From IMG/VR virus record IMGVR_UViG_3300049215_000223, positions 32,001 through 96,000 of that record: a stretch of 64,000 nucleotides of DNA; one strand, given 5' to 3'. The number at the start of each line of letters is the position of its first letter. Position 1 is the stretch's first letter. The notes under the pieces are model-generated. The model had not been told where the DNA came from, did no database searches, and saw only the letters and a program-made list of their open reading frames with translations. This DNA comes from a virus. Shown in pieces: positions 25,469 to 34,635 of the stretch. Both the position numbers and the translations under genes were made by a program.

Positions 25469-26115
25469 AAAGCCCTAGCCTCGATAAACTGTACGCCATA
25501 TTAAATAAGCATATATTATTAGCTCAGTCTTATACTGAGATTGATGGATTAGAGTTTATCATTAAGTCTTGCAGATTAAAACCATATTCATACTTCTTTG
25601 AAGATAGAGATGAGAGAATAATTCTACATCGTCATTGGTTTGATGAGTTCGGAAATTCTATCAAAATAGATAAGAACAAAAGAGTTAGAATAGTCTATGG
25701 AGATCTTTCCTTGGATCAAAATAAGGCTGTGTGTACAGATTTGTACCATGGTCTGTCTATGGAGAAGGTTGCTAAGATGAGCAAGCTGGCTTATCTATTG
25801 GCGGGTAAAGATGAGGATTTGTACGAGGACTGTTTCTTTTTAACTTTCCTAGGGATTGACAATTATCTCAGGTGCTACACCTATCTGTATAATGAATGGC
25901 ATCAGGTTTCGCCATTGATACTAGGAATGAAGCATTTAAAAAACATCAGTAAAAACGCGGATATCAAGCATTTTCTGGAATTAAAAAACAAAGATAATAT
26001 GCCGGTACCTTGCATTTCGGTAAATGAATGGATAACATTGATGCCACCCAATGCCGAATTCACGGCAATTATCGAGAAGCAGCATGAAGTTGTCTCTCAA
26101 TTTTTTAGAAAGTAA
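25465..26115 (+). CDS. Hypothetical protein
   Basis: 216 aa ORF, ATGA-coupled to the upstream gene. Confidence 0.75.
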   Translation: MKSPSLDKLYAILNKHILLAQSYTEIDGLEFIIKSCRLKPYSYFFEDRDERIILHRHWFDEFGNSIKIDKNKRVRIVYGDLSLDQNKAVCTDLYHGLSMEKVAKMSKLAYLLAGKDEDLYEDCFFLTFLGIDNYLRCYTYLYNEWHQVSPLILGMKHLKNISKNADIKHFLELKNKDNMPVPCISVNEWITLMPPNAEFTAIIEKQHEVVSQFFRK

Positions 26116-26118
26116 CGT

Positions 26119-26337
26119 ATGAATAACAGAGATAGACTGGAATTTGAAGGTGAAGTGCTCGATGCGAACAAAGGAAAATTTAAGGTCAAGGTTCATGAGA
26201 ACATGATCGTCCTTTGTACTTTGAGCGGAAAAATCCGCATGAACTCCGTTAAGATTTTAATCGGAGACAAAGTTAAAATTGAAGTTTCAGAGTATGATAC
26301 TACGCAGGGTAGAATAATTTACCGCATCAAAGCCTAA
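26119..26337 (+). CDS. infA: Translation initiation factor IF-1
   Basis: 72 aa; FEGEVLD, LSGKIRMNSVKILIGDKVKIEVSEYDTTQGRIIYR. Confidence 0.93.
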   Translation: MNNRDRLEFEGEVLDANKGKFKVKVHENMIVLCTLSGKIRMNSVKILIGDKVKIEVSEYDTTQGRIIYRIKA

Positions 26338-26455
26338 GCTTCTTTTCTAGGCGCGACAAAAAGCTAACCAACCTTTGCAAAAGCGAAGGGGCGGCGGCTG
26401 TCTGTGCAGAAACATGGGATGGCTCAACTAGAATACTATGTATATCTATACTCAT
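26327..26455 (-). CDS. Possible small protein (42 aa, not in ORF track)
   Basis: MSIDIHSILVEP..LSRLEKKLRL; starts just after the 26462 gene; unsupported otherwise. Confidence 0.3.
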   Translation of the reverse strand: MSIDIHSILVEPSHVSAQTAAAPSLLQRLVSFLSRLEKKLRL

Positions 26456-26461
26456 GTGCTC

Positions 26462-26734
26462 TCAGGCGTCATCAAATTCTAATTTCTCTAAAGTTACCTT
26501 GATGTTAGGCAACTCCTTCAAAAGGTCCATATTTTCTTTTAGATCCTTAAGAAGGTAAGAGTCGTAGTCCTGTATCGAAAATAGATCAGGAAAGACTATT
26601 TCAACTTGTGGTAACAGGTAATCGACACTGGCGTGAAACCTAATGTCTTGAATTAAACCAATTTGGCGATCACCTACGAAAACTTTGGTGGTCCCAGTAG
26701 TTGGTCCTACAATTATCTTTAATTCTTTATCCAT
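26462..26734 (-). CDS. Hypothetical protein
   Basis: AGGAG SD before ATG 26734 (MDKELKIIVG). Confidence 0.7.
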   Translation of the reverse strand: MDKELKIIVGPTTGTTKVFVGDRQIGLIQDIRFHASVDYLLPQVEIVFPDLFSIQDYDSYLLKDLKENMDLLKELPNIKVTLEKLEFDDA

Positions 26735-26831
26735 CTTAAAACTCCTGATAGGTGGCAAAATAAACCACCATATATATACGATAATATGAGGGATGATATA
26801 GGTTGCGCGGTGCTCAAATTGCGGAGGCAAA

Positions 26832-27875
26832 ATGATTCGTGAAGGCTTAACATTTGATGATGTGCTACTTGTTCCTCAACACTCCACCGTAGAAAGTCGC
26901 TCCAAAGTAGACCTTTCTGTTACTTGGGGAGATTTACACTATAATCATCCCATTATTCCTGCCAATATGAAAACCGTAACTGGTTTAGAAATGGCAACAA
27001 AAGTAATTGAGAGTACTGGTCTAGCCATACTACACCGCTTCATGCCTATTGAAGAGCAAATACAGGCAGCAAAATTTTTAAACGATAAGTTCAAAAATAA
27101 GCATTTCGCAATGTCTGTAGGTGTAAAATCATCTGACCGTGAAGCAGTCAAACGCTTCATGGAAGTGGGTGTTAGGATGTTTTGCATCGATATTGCCCAT
27201 GGCGATTCCAAACATTGCCTGGATATGATTTCCTGGATTAAAAATAACAGCATGATGGGCGCCTTTGTAATTGCTGGAAACGTGGCTACAGGTCATGGAG
27301 CTAGACTATTGTGGGAAGCTGGCGCTGATGTAGTTAAAGTAGGCGTTGGTCCAGGCAGTTTGTGCACCACTAGGATTGAGACAGGTAATGGTGTTCCTCA
27401 GCTAACCGCCCTAATGGATGTAGCAGAGACTCAAAGACAATTACGAGAGCGTGAACGAGCTTCTAAATATCCAAATGAAAAACAGCGTACATTTCCATTC
27501 ATTGCTGATGGTGGCATCAAGAGTCCTGGCGATGTAGTCAAGGCTCTTTGCTTTGCTGATATGGTTATGGTGGGTAACATGTTCGCTGGTTGTGCAGAAA
27601 CACCAGGTCAAGTATTGTCAATAGATGGGCGCTCTTTCAAAGAATATGTTGGAAGCTCTACTCATAAAACAAACCGAGTGGAAGGTGTAGCTGCTATCGT
27701 TCCTATCAAAGGAACATTCCAAAGCGTCTTGAACAAGCTTATAGAAGGATTACAATCAGGCTGCTCATATCAAGGTGCCCATAATTTGGCTGAACTTAGG
27801 GATAATCCCGAATTTATTAGAATCACTGTAGCGGGATTAAAAGAATCCCACCCACATGATGTAATTTTAAAATGA
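26832..27875 (+). CDS. IMPDH/GMP reductase family enzyme lacking CBS domains (GuaC-like)
   Basis: LTFDDVLLVP, IIPANM, IDIAHG, GNVAT, GVGPGSLCTTR, IADGGI, KEYVGSS..VEG. Confidence 0.9.
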   Translation: MIREGLTFDDVLLVPQHSTVESRSKVDLSVTWGDLHYNHPIIPANMKTVTGLEMATKVIESTGLAILHRFMPIEEQIQAAKFLNDKFKNKHFAMSVGVKSSDREAVKRFMEVGVRMFCIDIAHGDSKHCLDMISWIKNNSMMGAFVIAGNVATGHGARLLWEAGADVVKVGVGPGSLCTTRIETGNGVPQLTALMDVAETQRQLRERERASKYPNEKQRTFPFIADGGIKSPGDVVKALCFADMVMVGNMFAGCAETPGQVLSIDGRSFKEYVGSSTHKTNRVEGVAAIVPIKGTFQSVLNKLIEGLQSGCSYQGAHNLAELRDNPEFIRITVAGLKESHPHDVILK

Positions 27876-27882
27876 GGATAAC

Positions 27883-28098
27883 ATGCCAATCGCACTTAGA
27901 ATTGTATTAGCTATCGCCACTTTGCTTACTACTTTATTCCTATTGGGATTAGGTGTGTATGGATTAGTTACAGGATCAATAGGGCTAGCTATCACCTGCC
28001 TGTTTATGGGAGCAGGTTTCGGTTATTTTGATTACATAGATTACAGATTCTTTTTCATGAAAAAGACTGTTGCAACGACACCTCCACCTAAAGAGTAA
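27883..28098 (+). CDS. Small two-TM membrane protein
   Basis: Two hydrophobic segments and a basic tail; GAGG SD. Confidence 0.7.
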   Translation: MPIALRIVLAIATLLTTLFLLGLGVYGLVTGSIGLAITCLFMGAGFGYFDYIDYRFFFMKKTVATTPPPKE

Positions 28099-28103
28099 GT
28101 AAT

Positions 28104-29000
28104 ATGAATGGGGAAGAATTAAGTTATTTACAACTACTGGGAGAGATCTTACATAAAGGCTCTCAGCGCGAGGATAGAACTGGTGTTGGTACCATTGGAT
28201 TATTTGGAACTCAGCTAAGATTCTCTTTGGAGAATAGTAAAGTTCCCATGCTAACTACCAAAAAGATGTTTACCAAAGGTGTAATTGAAGAATTGTTATT
28301 CTTCCTACGCGGTGAGACAGACACAAAGAAACTAGAAGCCAAAGGTGTTAACATTTGGAAAGGTAATACGAGCCGAGAATTCCTTGACAAAAGAGGACTT
28401 CAGCATCTACCCGAAGGTAGCATGGGTAAAGGTTATGGCTTTCAGTGGAGAAACTTTGGCGGATATGTCGATCAGGTAAGTGATGGCGGCATTGGATATG
28501 AACTATATGATATTCCAGGTATCGATCAATTAAAGAGTGTTATTAATACCTTAAAGTATAATCCAACCGATAGGCGCATAATCATGTCAGCCTGGAATCC
28601 ACAACAGCTACCAGAAATGGCACTGCCACCATGCCACATGATGGTTCAATTCTATGCTGATGCTGGTAAGTTGTCAGCCCAATTCTACATGCGCTCCGTA
28701 GATACCTTCCTAGGGCTCCCATTCAATTTATTAAGTTATGCCATCCTGACCCACATCATTGCCCATACCGTGGGCATGGAAGCGAAGGAGCTGGTGTTTG
28801 TGGGCGGCGATACCCATATTTATCAGAACCACATCCAGCAGGTAGTTCAGCAGATTAGCCGAGAGCCTTATCCATTCCCAACTATGAAAATAAATAAGAG
28901 CTTGACTTGCGTTGAAGACATAGAAGCCTTACAATTATCAGACTTTGAATTTATTGATTATCAATGCCACCCTGCAATTAAAGCAGAAATGGCAGTATGA
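28104..29000 (+). CDS. thyA: Thymidylate synthase
   Basis: DRTGVGT, GYGFQWR, RRIIMSAWNP, MALPPCH, RSVDTFLGLPFN, GDTHIY. Confidence 0.97.
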   Translation: MNGEELSYLQLLGEILHKGSQREDRTGVGTIGLFGTQLRFSLENSKVPMLTTKKMFTKGVIEELLFFLRGETDTKKLEAKGVNIWKGNTSREFLDKRGLQHLPEGSMGKGYGFQWRNFGGYVDQVSDGGIGYELYDIPGIDQLKSVINTLKYNPTDRRIIMSAWNPQQLPEMALPPCHMMVQFYADAGKLSAQFYMRSVDTFLGLPFNLLSYAILTHIIAHTVGMEAKELVFVGGDTHIYQNHIQQVVQQISREPYPFPTMKINKSLTCVEDIEALQLSDFEFIDYQCHPAIKAEMAV

Positions 29001-29332
29001 TTACTAGAAAATTGAAATCTATGTCTAATACTCCTATGATTGTTACCAGCGGATTTACCAGCACTCACTTGTTCTTCTATCATGAAGGTGCTGCTGTGAA
29101 GATTTATCGTAATAGATTAGTAGTCACTGGAAGCCTTAAGAATGCCGCATTTGCACTTGCTAGAGATGTGTTGAATGATAAAGCAGTTTCCACAAGCTGG
29201 AATAACATACTTGAAGCTAATCGTAGTTCTGGCAAATATGTATTGAAATATTTAAAAAATAATAAACCAGATTTTTTTGATGAGCTTAATCAACATTTTC
29301 AAAGAATTTGTAACATGAAAGCATTTTGGTGA
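28997..29332 (+). CDS. Hypothetical protein carrying the tag (KAFW)
   Basis: Ends FQRICNMKAFW; ATGA-coupled to thyA. Confidence 0.7.
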   Translation: MITRKLKSMSNTPMIVTSGFTSTHLFFYHEGAAVKIYRNRLVVTGSLKNAAFALARDVLNDKAVSTSWNNILEANRSSGKYVLKYLKNNKPDFFDELNQHFQRICNMKAFW

Positions 29333-29336
29333 AACT

Positions 29337-29774
29337 ATGCGTGTTAATGGAAGTTTTACAGATAATTATAATAGACTGTTAGAGATGAATAAGCAATTGG
29401 GTGATGATGTTGAAGAGCATCTATTAGTATGGGCGCGCGATGTAGTGGACACTTTAAAAGCGCTTAATAAAAAAGCTACCTATAAAGTAGTTATTACTTT
29501 AGAGCCCAACCCTTCTGATGAAAAGGGTACCGATAATGCTAAAATAGAAGTATGGCAAACTGATCAAAGTGAAATGGAAGTTACTCTCCAGGACCACTAT
29601 TGGGTTGGCGCTCAACACAAACCATTCATTAAAGTAATGTCTGGCAGGCGCGATAATTTAGCGACTTGTATTAAAGAAGTTAATGAACGCATGGACAATA
29701 TTGCTAAAAGATTAGCAAGCTCCGACATCATTGAAAAAGATGGCAAGAAATATAGATTGGTGGAAATCAAATGA
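29337..29774 (+). CDS. Hypothetical protein
   Basis: 145 aa ORF in operon, ATGA-coupled to folA. Confidence 0.7.
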   Translation: MRVNGSFTDNYNRLLEMNKQLGDDVEEHLLVWARDVVDTLKALNKKATYKVVITLEPNPSDEKGTDNAKIEVWQTDQSEMEVTLQDHYWVGAQHKPFIKVMSGRRDNLATCIKEVNERMDNIAKRLASSDIIEKDGKKYRLVEIK

Positions 29775-30307
29775 TTGGAATTATAGCTGCAGTAACACAA
29801 AATGGCGTAATCGGTGTCGAAAACAAATTGCCCTTCGACTATCCTGAAGACATGAAACACTTTAGAACTACGACAGCAAACTCTACTATTATCATGGGAC
29901 GTAAGACTTTTGAAGGTATCGGAAAGCCATTACCAAAGAGACGCAATATTGTCATCAGCCGAACAAAAGTAGATGTGCCGGGTGTTGAAACTTTTCCAAG
30001 TATTTCTGCTGCCGGGGATGCTGGTGCATTCCATGCTTTAGAAGTACAATTTACAAATGAAAAAACTGGTGAGGTAAAGATTATCCCTCAACCCAATACT
30101 TGGTTTATTGGTGGAGCCTCAATATATGAAGAGGGCATGCAACATGCTCACAAGATTGTTCTCACCCTAACGCCTGATGTAGAGCTACGTACCCCTGCCA
30201 TTAAGTTTCCCTGGATCAATCCAATGAAGTTTTCGCTCGACAGCGTGATGCCACTTTCCGAAGGTAGTGTTTTACGACTAGCCACTTATACGGCAGTTAG
30301 TGTGTAA
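29771..30307 (+). CDS. folA: Dihydrofolate reductase
   Basis: IIAAVTQNGVIG, DMKHFR, IMGRKTF, LPKRRNIV, IGGASIY. Confidence 0.95.
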   Translation: MIGIIAAVTQNGVIGVENKLPFDYPEDMKHFRTTTANSTIIMGRKTFEGIGKPLPKRRNIVISRTKVDVPGVETFPSISAAGDAGAFHALEVQFTNEKTGEVKIIPQPNTWFIGGASIYEEGMQHAHKIVLTLTPDVELRTPAIKFPWINPMKFSLDSVMPLSEGSVLRLATYTAVSV

Positions 30308-30785
30308 AAGTAGAAACAACTGTAATATTAATCAGAGTGTGACCACTTGGAGGATTGGTATTTGGTGATCCGATCCCAACCCAAGTTTCATAAACAGCGC
30401 CCGCAACATAGTAGCCTTGCATCTTGTAGTAAGTAATCTCTACTATTCCAGTAATGGAACCAATACTCGCTATACGACCAGAGATAACAGCTCCTTCTGG
30501 CACATCAGCTGCACTTTGCGTCGTACTAAACTCAGCATATACCTGACCTTGGCTAGTTCCAATGTTATTATTAATACGTCCAGCTGGTGTCAGTTTAGAT
30601 GTTAAACCAACTTGAGCATCTGATTGCAGATTGGGCTGTAGCTGTCCAATAAGTATTTGATCATTATAAGAATCACCTTGCGCTCCAGAAGAGGATAGTG
30701 CTGGAAAGGCAGTGCCAGACCTTCCCAAAGGTGAAATTGGGCTGCTTAATCCAGTATGTGCTATATTCCAATCAGTTGATGCCAT
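30297..30785 (-). CDS. Putative virion structural protein
   Basis: Gly/Ser/Thr-rich; last gene of the structural block. Confidence 0.6.
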   Translation of the reverse strand: MASTDWNIAHTGLSSPISPLGRSGTAFPALSSSGAQGDSYNDQILIGQLQPNLQSDAQVGLTSKLTPAGRINNNIGTSQGQVYAEFSTTQSAADVPEGAVISGRIASIGSITGIVEITYYKMQGYYVAGAVYETWVGIGSPNTNPPSGHTLINITVVSTFTH

Positions 30786-30789
30786 TTAT

Positions 30790-32682
30790 TTATGCCTGTA
30801 CTTGTACTGATACTCCGTCCCAAGGACCGATTACGAAAGCATAGGTTTGTGTGGTGTTAGCATTAGCTAGCTGTAACCAAAGTTTACCACCATATAGATC
30901 GCCACCAACTCCACCCTGAACAGCTTTCAGCCAACGACAACTTCCCTTACGAATTTTGCCTACAGGTGTAGCTCCAGTTAAAAGTGCTTGGTACGAAATA
31001 CACCATACATCTTCTAAAACGTAAGTATCATTATATGTATTTGCCAGTTTTTCTCTATCATAGTTATTTTGTGAGATAACTACAGTAGCCGAGGCTTGAG
31101 CAGTCATTAGACCAAATGTTCCATTTTGAAACGAATCATTGACTCCACCCCAACCACGCCTTCTCCAGAATCTAAAGTAATTATTTCCAATTGAAACATT
31201 TTGTGGTTGCCACAAATCTTGGCTTGCTGTTGTAAAGGTTGTAGTTTGAGCGGTTCTACTTGGGGTGAATATCGCATCAGCAGTTGGGCAATACCAAACA
31301 TATGGATCCACGTCGCCATCTTCTTGGTTATCAACTCGTGTAAATGCAAATCCCATGTACGAGCCAGCATTCACAAATGGCGTTCCAATTGCCAGAGTAA
31401 AAGAGCCGTCAGCTGATACTCCAGTACCATAAACATTGTTTACTGCAACAATAGCAGCTTTTCCTATATTATTAATGCTAGTTGAGTTACCAAACCAGTT
31501 AGAGGGCGTGTTTACACCACCGGTACCTTCAATTACAAATGTTCCGGCAGTTGGAAATCCATTATTAGTACCTCCGCCCGCAGGTGCGATGATTCCCGTA
31601 CATCCGGTACTTGTAGATAAACTAGAGAATCTAGAAGTAGATTCTGCATAACCATCTACGCACTGATAATATACTGTGCCCGATGTGGTAGTATTTTGTT
31701 TCCAGATAACAATTTCCCTGAAAAATTCAATTGCTGTTGCACTTGGCGTCACTGAAGCGCCCGATAAATCTCCAGTGATAACGTGAGTGTGATCCCAGCC
31801 ATGAGGGTCTGCTCCATATCCATCTACACGAGGTTGTACTACCAAATAACCTTGTCCTTGCGCAACTGAACCGCCTGTGGACATAGTTCCTGTACCACCA
31901 GAACATCCAGTAAAGCTGATTCCATTTGTTCCAGTATAGGTAACGGTCTGAACTCCAGCATTTGTAGTTACTAAAATAGTTCCTGAAGAGTAAAATCCAG
32001 TAGTAGAAGTAACGTTTATAACTGATTGTGGAAGAACAGCAGCATTAGAGCCCGATGTGATAGTAGTAGAAAAAGCAGAGGCATCAAACAAATATCCTAG
32101 CAATTCTCCTTTGGCTCCAGTTACAGCTTGTGAAATATTTTCTCCACGAATAAATGAGCCATTAATTCCAGGCGACTGTGCAGCTGCCAATGGCATTTTA
32201 AGTGTACTTGGACCTTGAGCATTCCACCATCCAGCTACCTGATCCACGCTAATAGCATTATTTCCAATTTGGCTGTTTGTTGGAATAGTTCCAATTCCTC
32301 CAGAGCATCCTGTAAAAGATGTTGCGCCCAAACCAGTATAAGTTATTGTTTGCCACCCATTAGCAGCAGTAGCCACTAAAATAGTACCTGAAGTAGGAAA
32401 GCCCGCAGTGGCTGGGTTGGTGGCAGTGTTTATTGTGGCTGCTGGCAAGTTTTGAGAACCAGTGCTTAAAACGTTAATGGCTGTATACGTATCTGCGAGT
32501 GCATTAGCATTAGCTCCCCACAAATCATTGCTAGACAAACCAGAGGTATCTTTAGAGGTACCGTTGCCGCTAGATTTATAAGTCCATCCAGAATTTTTTA
32601 AAGCACGTGTCATCTTCCAAATAGCACTGAATTCGTGGTTGGAACTGAGCGGTAGGTAGTTTGCTATAATTGTATTAACCAT
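30790..32682 (-). CDS. Putative virion protein, paralog 1 (modules A+B)
   Basis: WKMTRALKNSGW, WWNAQGPSTLK, DGDVDPY, IGPWDG; two FTGCSGG modules. Confidence 0.75.
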   Translation of the reverse strand: MVNTIIANYLPLSSNHEFSAIWKMTRALKNSGWTYKSSGNGTSKDTSGLSSNDLWGANANALADTYTAINVLSTGSQNLPAATINTATNPATAGFPTSGTILVATAANGWQTITYTGLGATSFTGCSGGIGTIPTNSQIGNNAISVDQVAGWWNAQGPSTLKMPLAAAQSPGINGSFIRGENISQAVTGAKGELLGYLFDASAFSTTITSGSNAAVLPQSVINVTSTTGFYSSGTILVTTNAGVQTVTYTGTNGISFTGCSGGTGTMSTGGSVAQGQGYLVVQPRVDGYGADPHGWDHTHVITGDLSGASVTPSATAIEFFREIVIWKQNTTTSGTVYYQCVDGYAESTSRFSSLSTSTGCTGIIAPAGGGTNNGFPTAGTFVIEGTGGVNTPSNWFGNSTSINNIGKAAIVAVNNVYGTGVSADGSFTLAIGTPFVNAGSYMGFAFTRVDNQEDGDVDPYVWYCPTADAIFTPSRTAQTTTFTTASQDLWQPQNVSIGNNYFRFWRRRGWGGVNDSFQNGTFGLMTAQASATVVISQNNYDREKLANTYNDTYVLEDVWCISYQALLTGATPVGKIRKGSCRWLKAVQGGVGGDLYGGKLWLQLANANTTQTYAFVIGPWDGVSVQVQA

Positions 32683-32721
32683 TGTTATTCCTAGTAAAAT
32701 ACGTCCTTATTGATATGATTA

Positions 32722-34635
32722 TTAATAGGTGGTTGGGGTAGTATAACCGTCCCAAGGACCGATTAATAGTGATGCTTGTGGTAGGCCAGTTGGATTTTGA
32801 ACTCCTGATATAGAAATCCAACTTTTGGTATTAAAACCATACGTGGAATTTGCATCACTTACAGTGCATCTAATCCATCTAAGGGAACCTTTTCTAATTT
32901 TCATTCCTCCACCAATAGAGACTGCCCAAATAAAATCACCCATATATACATTAGAAAAGGCTGCCGCCTCTTTCTCACGATCCCAATAAGAAGCGGCATG
33001 ATGGAAATTAGAAATAGCTATCTGAGACGCGCCTGCGGCTGTTAGTGCTGGCATGCCATTAACCCCAGTATCACTGGTTGAAAAGCCACGACGGCGCCAC
33101 ATACGGAAAAAATAGCTTCCGGCACCTGGCGCATTCCATTGAGTTGTCAAAGTATTTGTATTTGTTTCAATTATATTTGTAGTAGATAATTTTGCAGATG
33201 GAATAGGTCCTGGGTTAACAAAATTTCCAGTTGTTAAAGTTCCTGAACCACCAGAACATCCGGTAAATTGATTTCCACCTGAAGTACCAGTAAATGTGAC
33301 ATATTGTGGTCCATTGGATGAGTTTACAAACATTGTTCCAGGATTTGTAAATGAACCAGTGCTAGATACGTTAATTGTTGCTTGTGGAAGAGTAGCTCCA
33401 TTAGAGCCTGCAGCAATTGTGACTGATGCAAGATCCCCGTCATTTGAGGGGGTCCAGAAAACATACGGATCCACGTCGCCGTCTTCTTGATTATCAGTTC
33501 GTTGATATCCCCAAAGTGTTTTATAATTGCCAGGAACAACTGATATGTCACGTGATACAGCCACTATAAATGAACCATCAGCGGATGTATTAGAGCTATA
33601 AGTGGCATTTGCTGCAATAATTTGAGATTTGCCTATATTGCTCAAAACCACGTTGTTAACAAATACTTCTTGTCCAGCTAATGAGCCACCAGTTCCTCCT
33701 GCTGTATAAGTCCCAGCAGTTGGGAATGCGTTACCAGATCCACCACCACCTGGAGCGACTGCTCCTGTACATCCTGCACTGCCAGCTAAAACAGATAATC
33801 TTTGCGCACTTTCAGAACTTTGATCAACACATTGCATATAAGTAGTTGCATTGTTAGTTGTTATACCCTTCCAAAATACAATTTCCCTAACAAACTCTAT
33901 TACAGTTGCACTAGGTGTAACGTTGGCGCCTGATATGGAGCCAGTAATTAAATGAGTGTGATCCCAACCATGAGGGTCTGCACCGGACCCATCAACACGA
34001 GGCATAACAACTAAGAATCCTTGTACAGCATATCCGTCAAAAATATAACCGATTATTTCGCCTTGAGCACCAGTAGTTGCTTGTGATATTATTTCGCCGC
34101 GCATGAAATAACCGTTAATACCTGGCACAGCAGAAGTAGTGATTGGAATTTTAAGGGTGCTTGGACCCTGGGCGTTCCACCAGCCCGCAACTGTATCCAT
34201 ATTAATTGCTGCATTGCCAATGGCACTTCCGGCTGGAATTGAACCAGTTCCACCAGAACAACCAGTAAAAGAGGTGCTGGTAGTGCCTGTATAAGTTATT
34301 GTTTGCCAACCATTAGCAGAGGTAGCTACTAAAATAGTACCTGAAGTAGGGAAGCCTGCAGTTTGTGGGTTAGTTGCATTGATAGATGCTGCTGGCAAGT
34401 TCTGAGGTCCACCAGTGCTAACAGTACCTATGCCAGCATAAATGTCGGTGGCGGGATCAGTGTTTCCTCCCCATAAATCATTGCTGGCAGTACCAGAAGT
34501 GTCTTTAGAAGAACCGTTACCGCTGGACTTATAAATCCATCCAGCCTTTTTCATGGCACGTGAAAGTTTCCACAAAATATTAAATGCATTAGTGCTATTT
34601 ACTGCTGTAAAATTGGGAAATATTACATTACTCAT
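32722..34635 (-). CDS. Putative virion protein, paralog 2 (modules A+C)
   Basis: Start MSNVIFPN at 34635 (ATGA overlap); same scaffold motifs; two FTGCSGG modules. Confidence 0.75.
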   Translation of the reverse strand: MSNVIFPNFTAVNSTNAFNILWKLSRAMKKAGWIYKSSGNGSSKDTSGTASNDLWGGNTDPATDIYAGIGTVSTGGPQNLPAASINATNPQTAGFPTSGTILVATSANGWQTITYTGTTSTSFTGCSGGTGSIPAGSAIGNAAINMDTVAGWWNAQGPSTLKIPITTSAVPGINGYFMRGEIISQATTGAQGEIIGYIFDGYAVQGFLVVMPRVDGSGADPHGWDHTHLITGSISGANVTPSATVIEFVREIVFWKGITTNNATTYMQCVDQSSESAQRLSVLAGSAGCTGAVAPGGGGSGNAFPTAGTYTAGGTGGSLAGQEVFVNNVVLSNIGKSQIIAANATYSSNTSADGSFIVAVSRDISVVPGNYKTLWGYQRTDNQEDGDVDPYVFWTPSNDGDLASVTIAAGSNGATLPQATINVSSTGSFTNPGTMFVNSSNGPQYVTFTGTSGGNQFTGCSGGSGTLTTGNFVNPGPIPSAKLSTTNIIETNTNTLTTQWNAPGAGSYFFRMWRRRGFSTSDTGVNGMPALTAAGASQIAISNFHHAASYWDREKEAAAFSNVYMGDFIWAVSIGGGMKIRKGSLRWIRCTVSDANSTYGFNTKSWISISGVQNPTGLPQASLLIGPWDGYTTPTTY

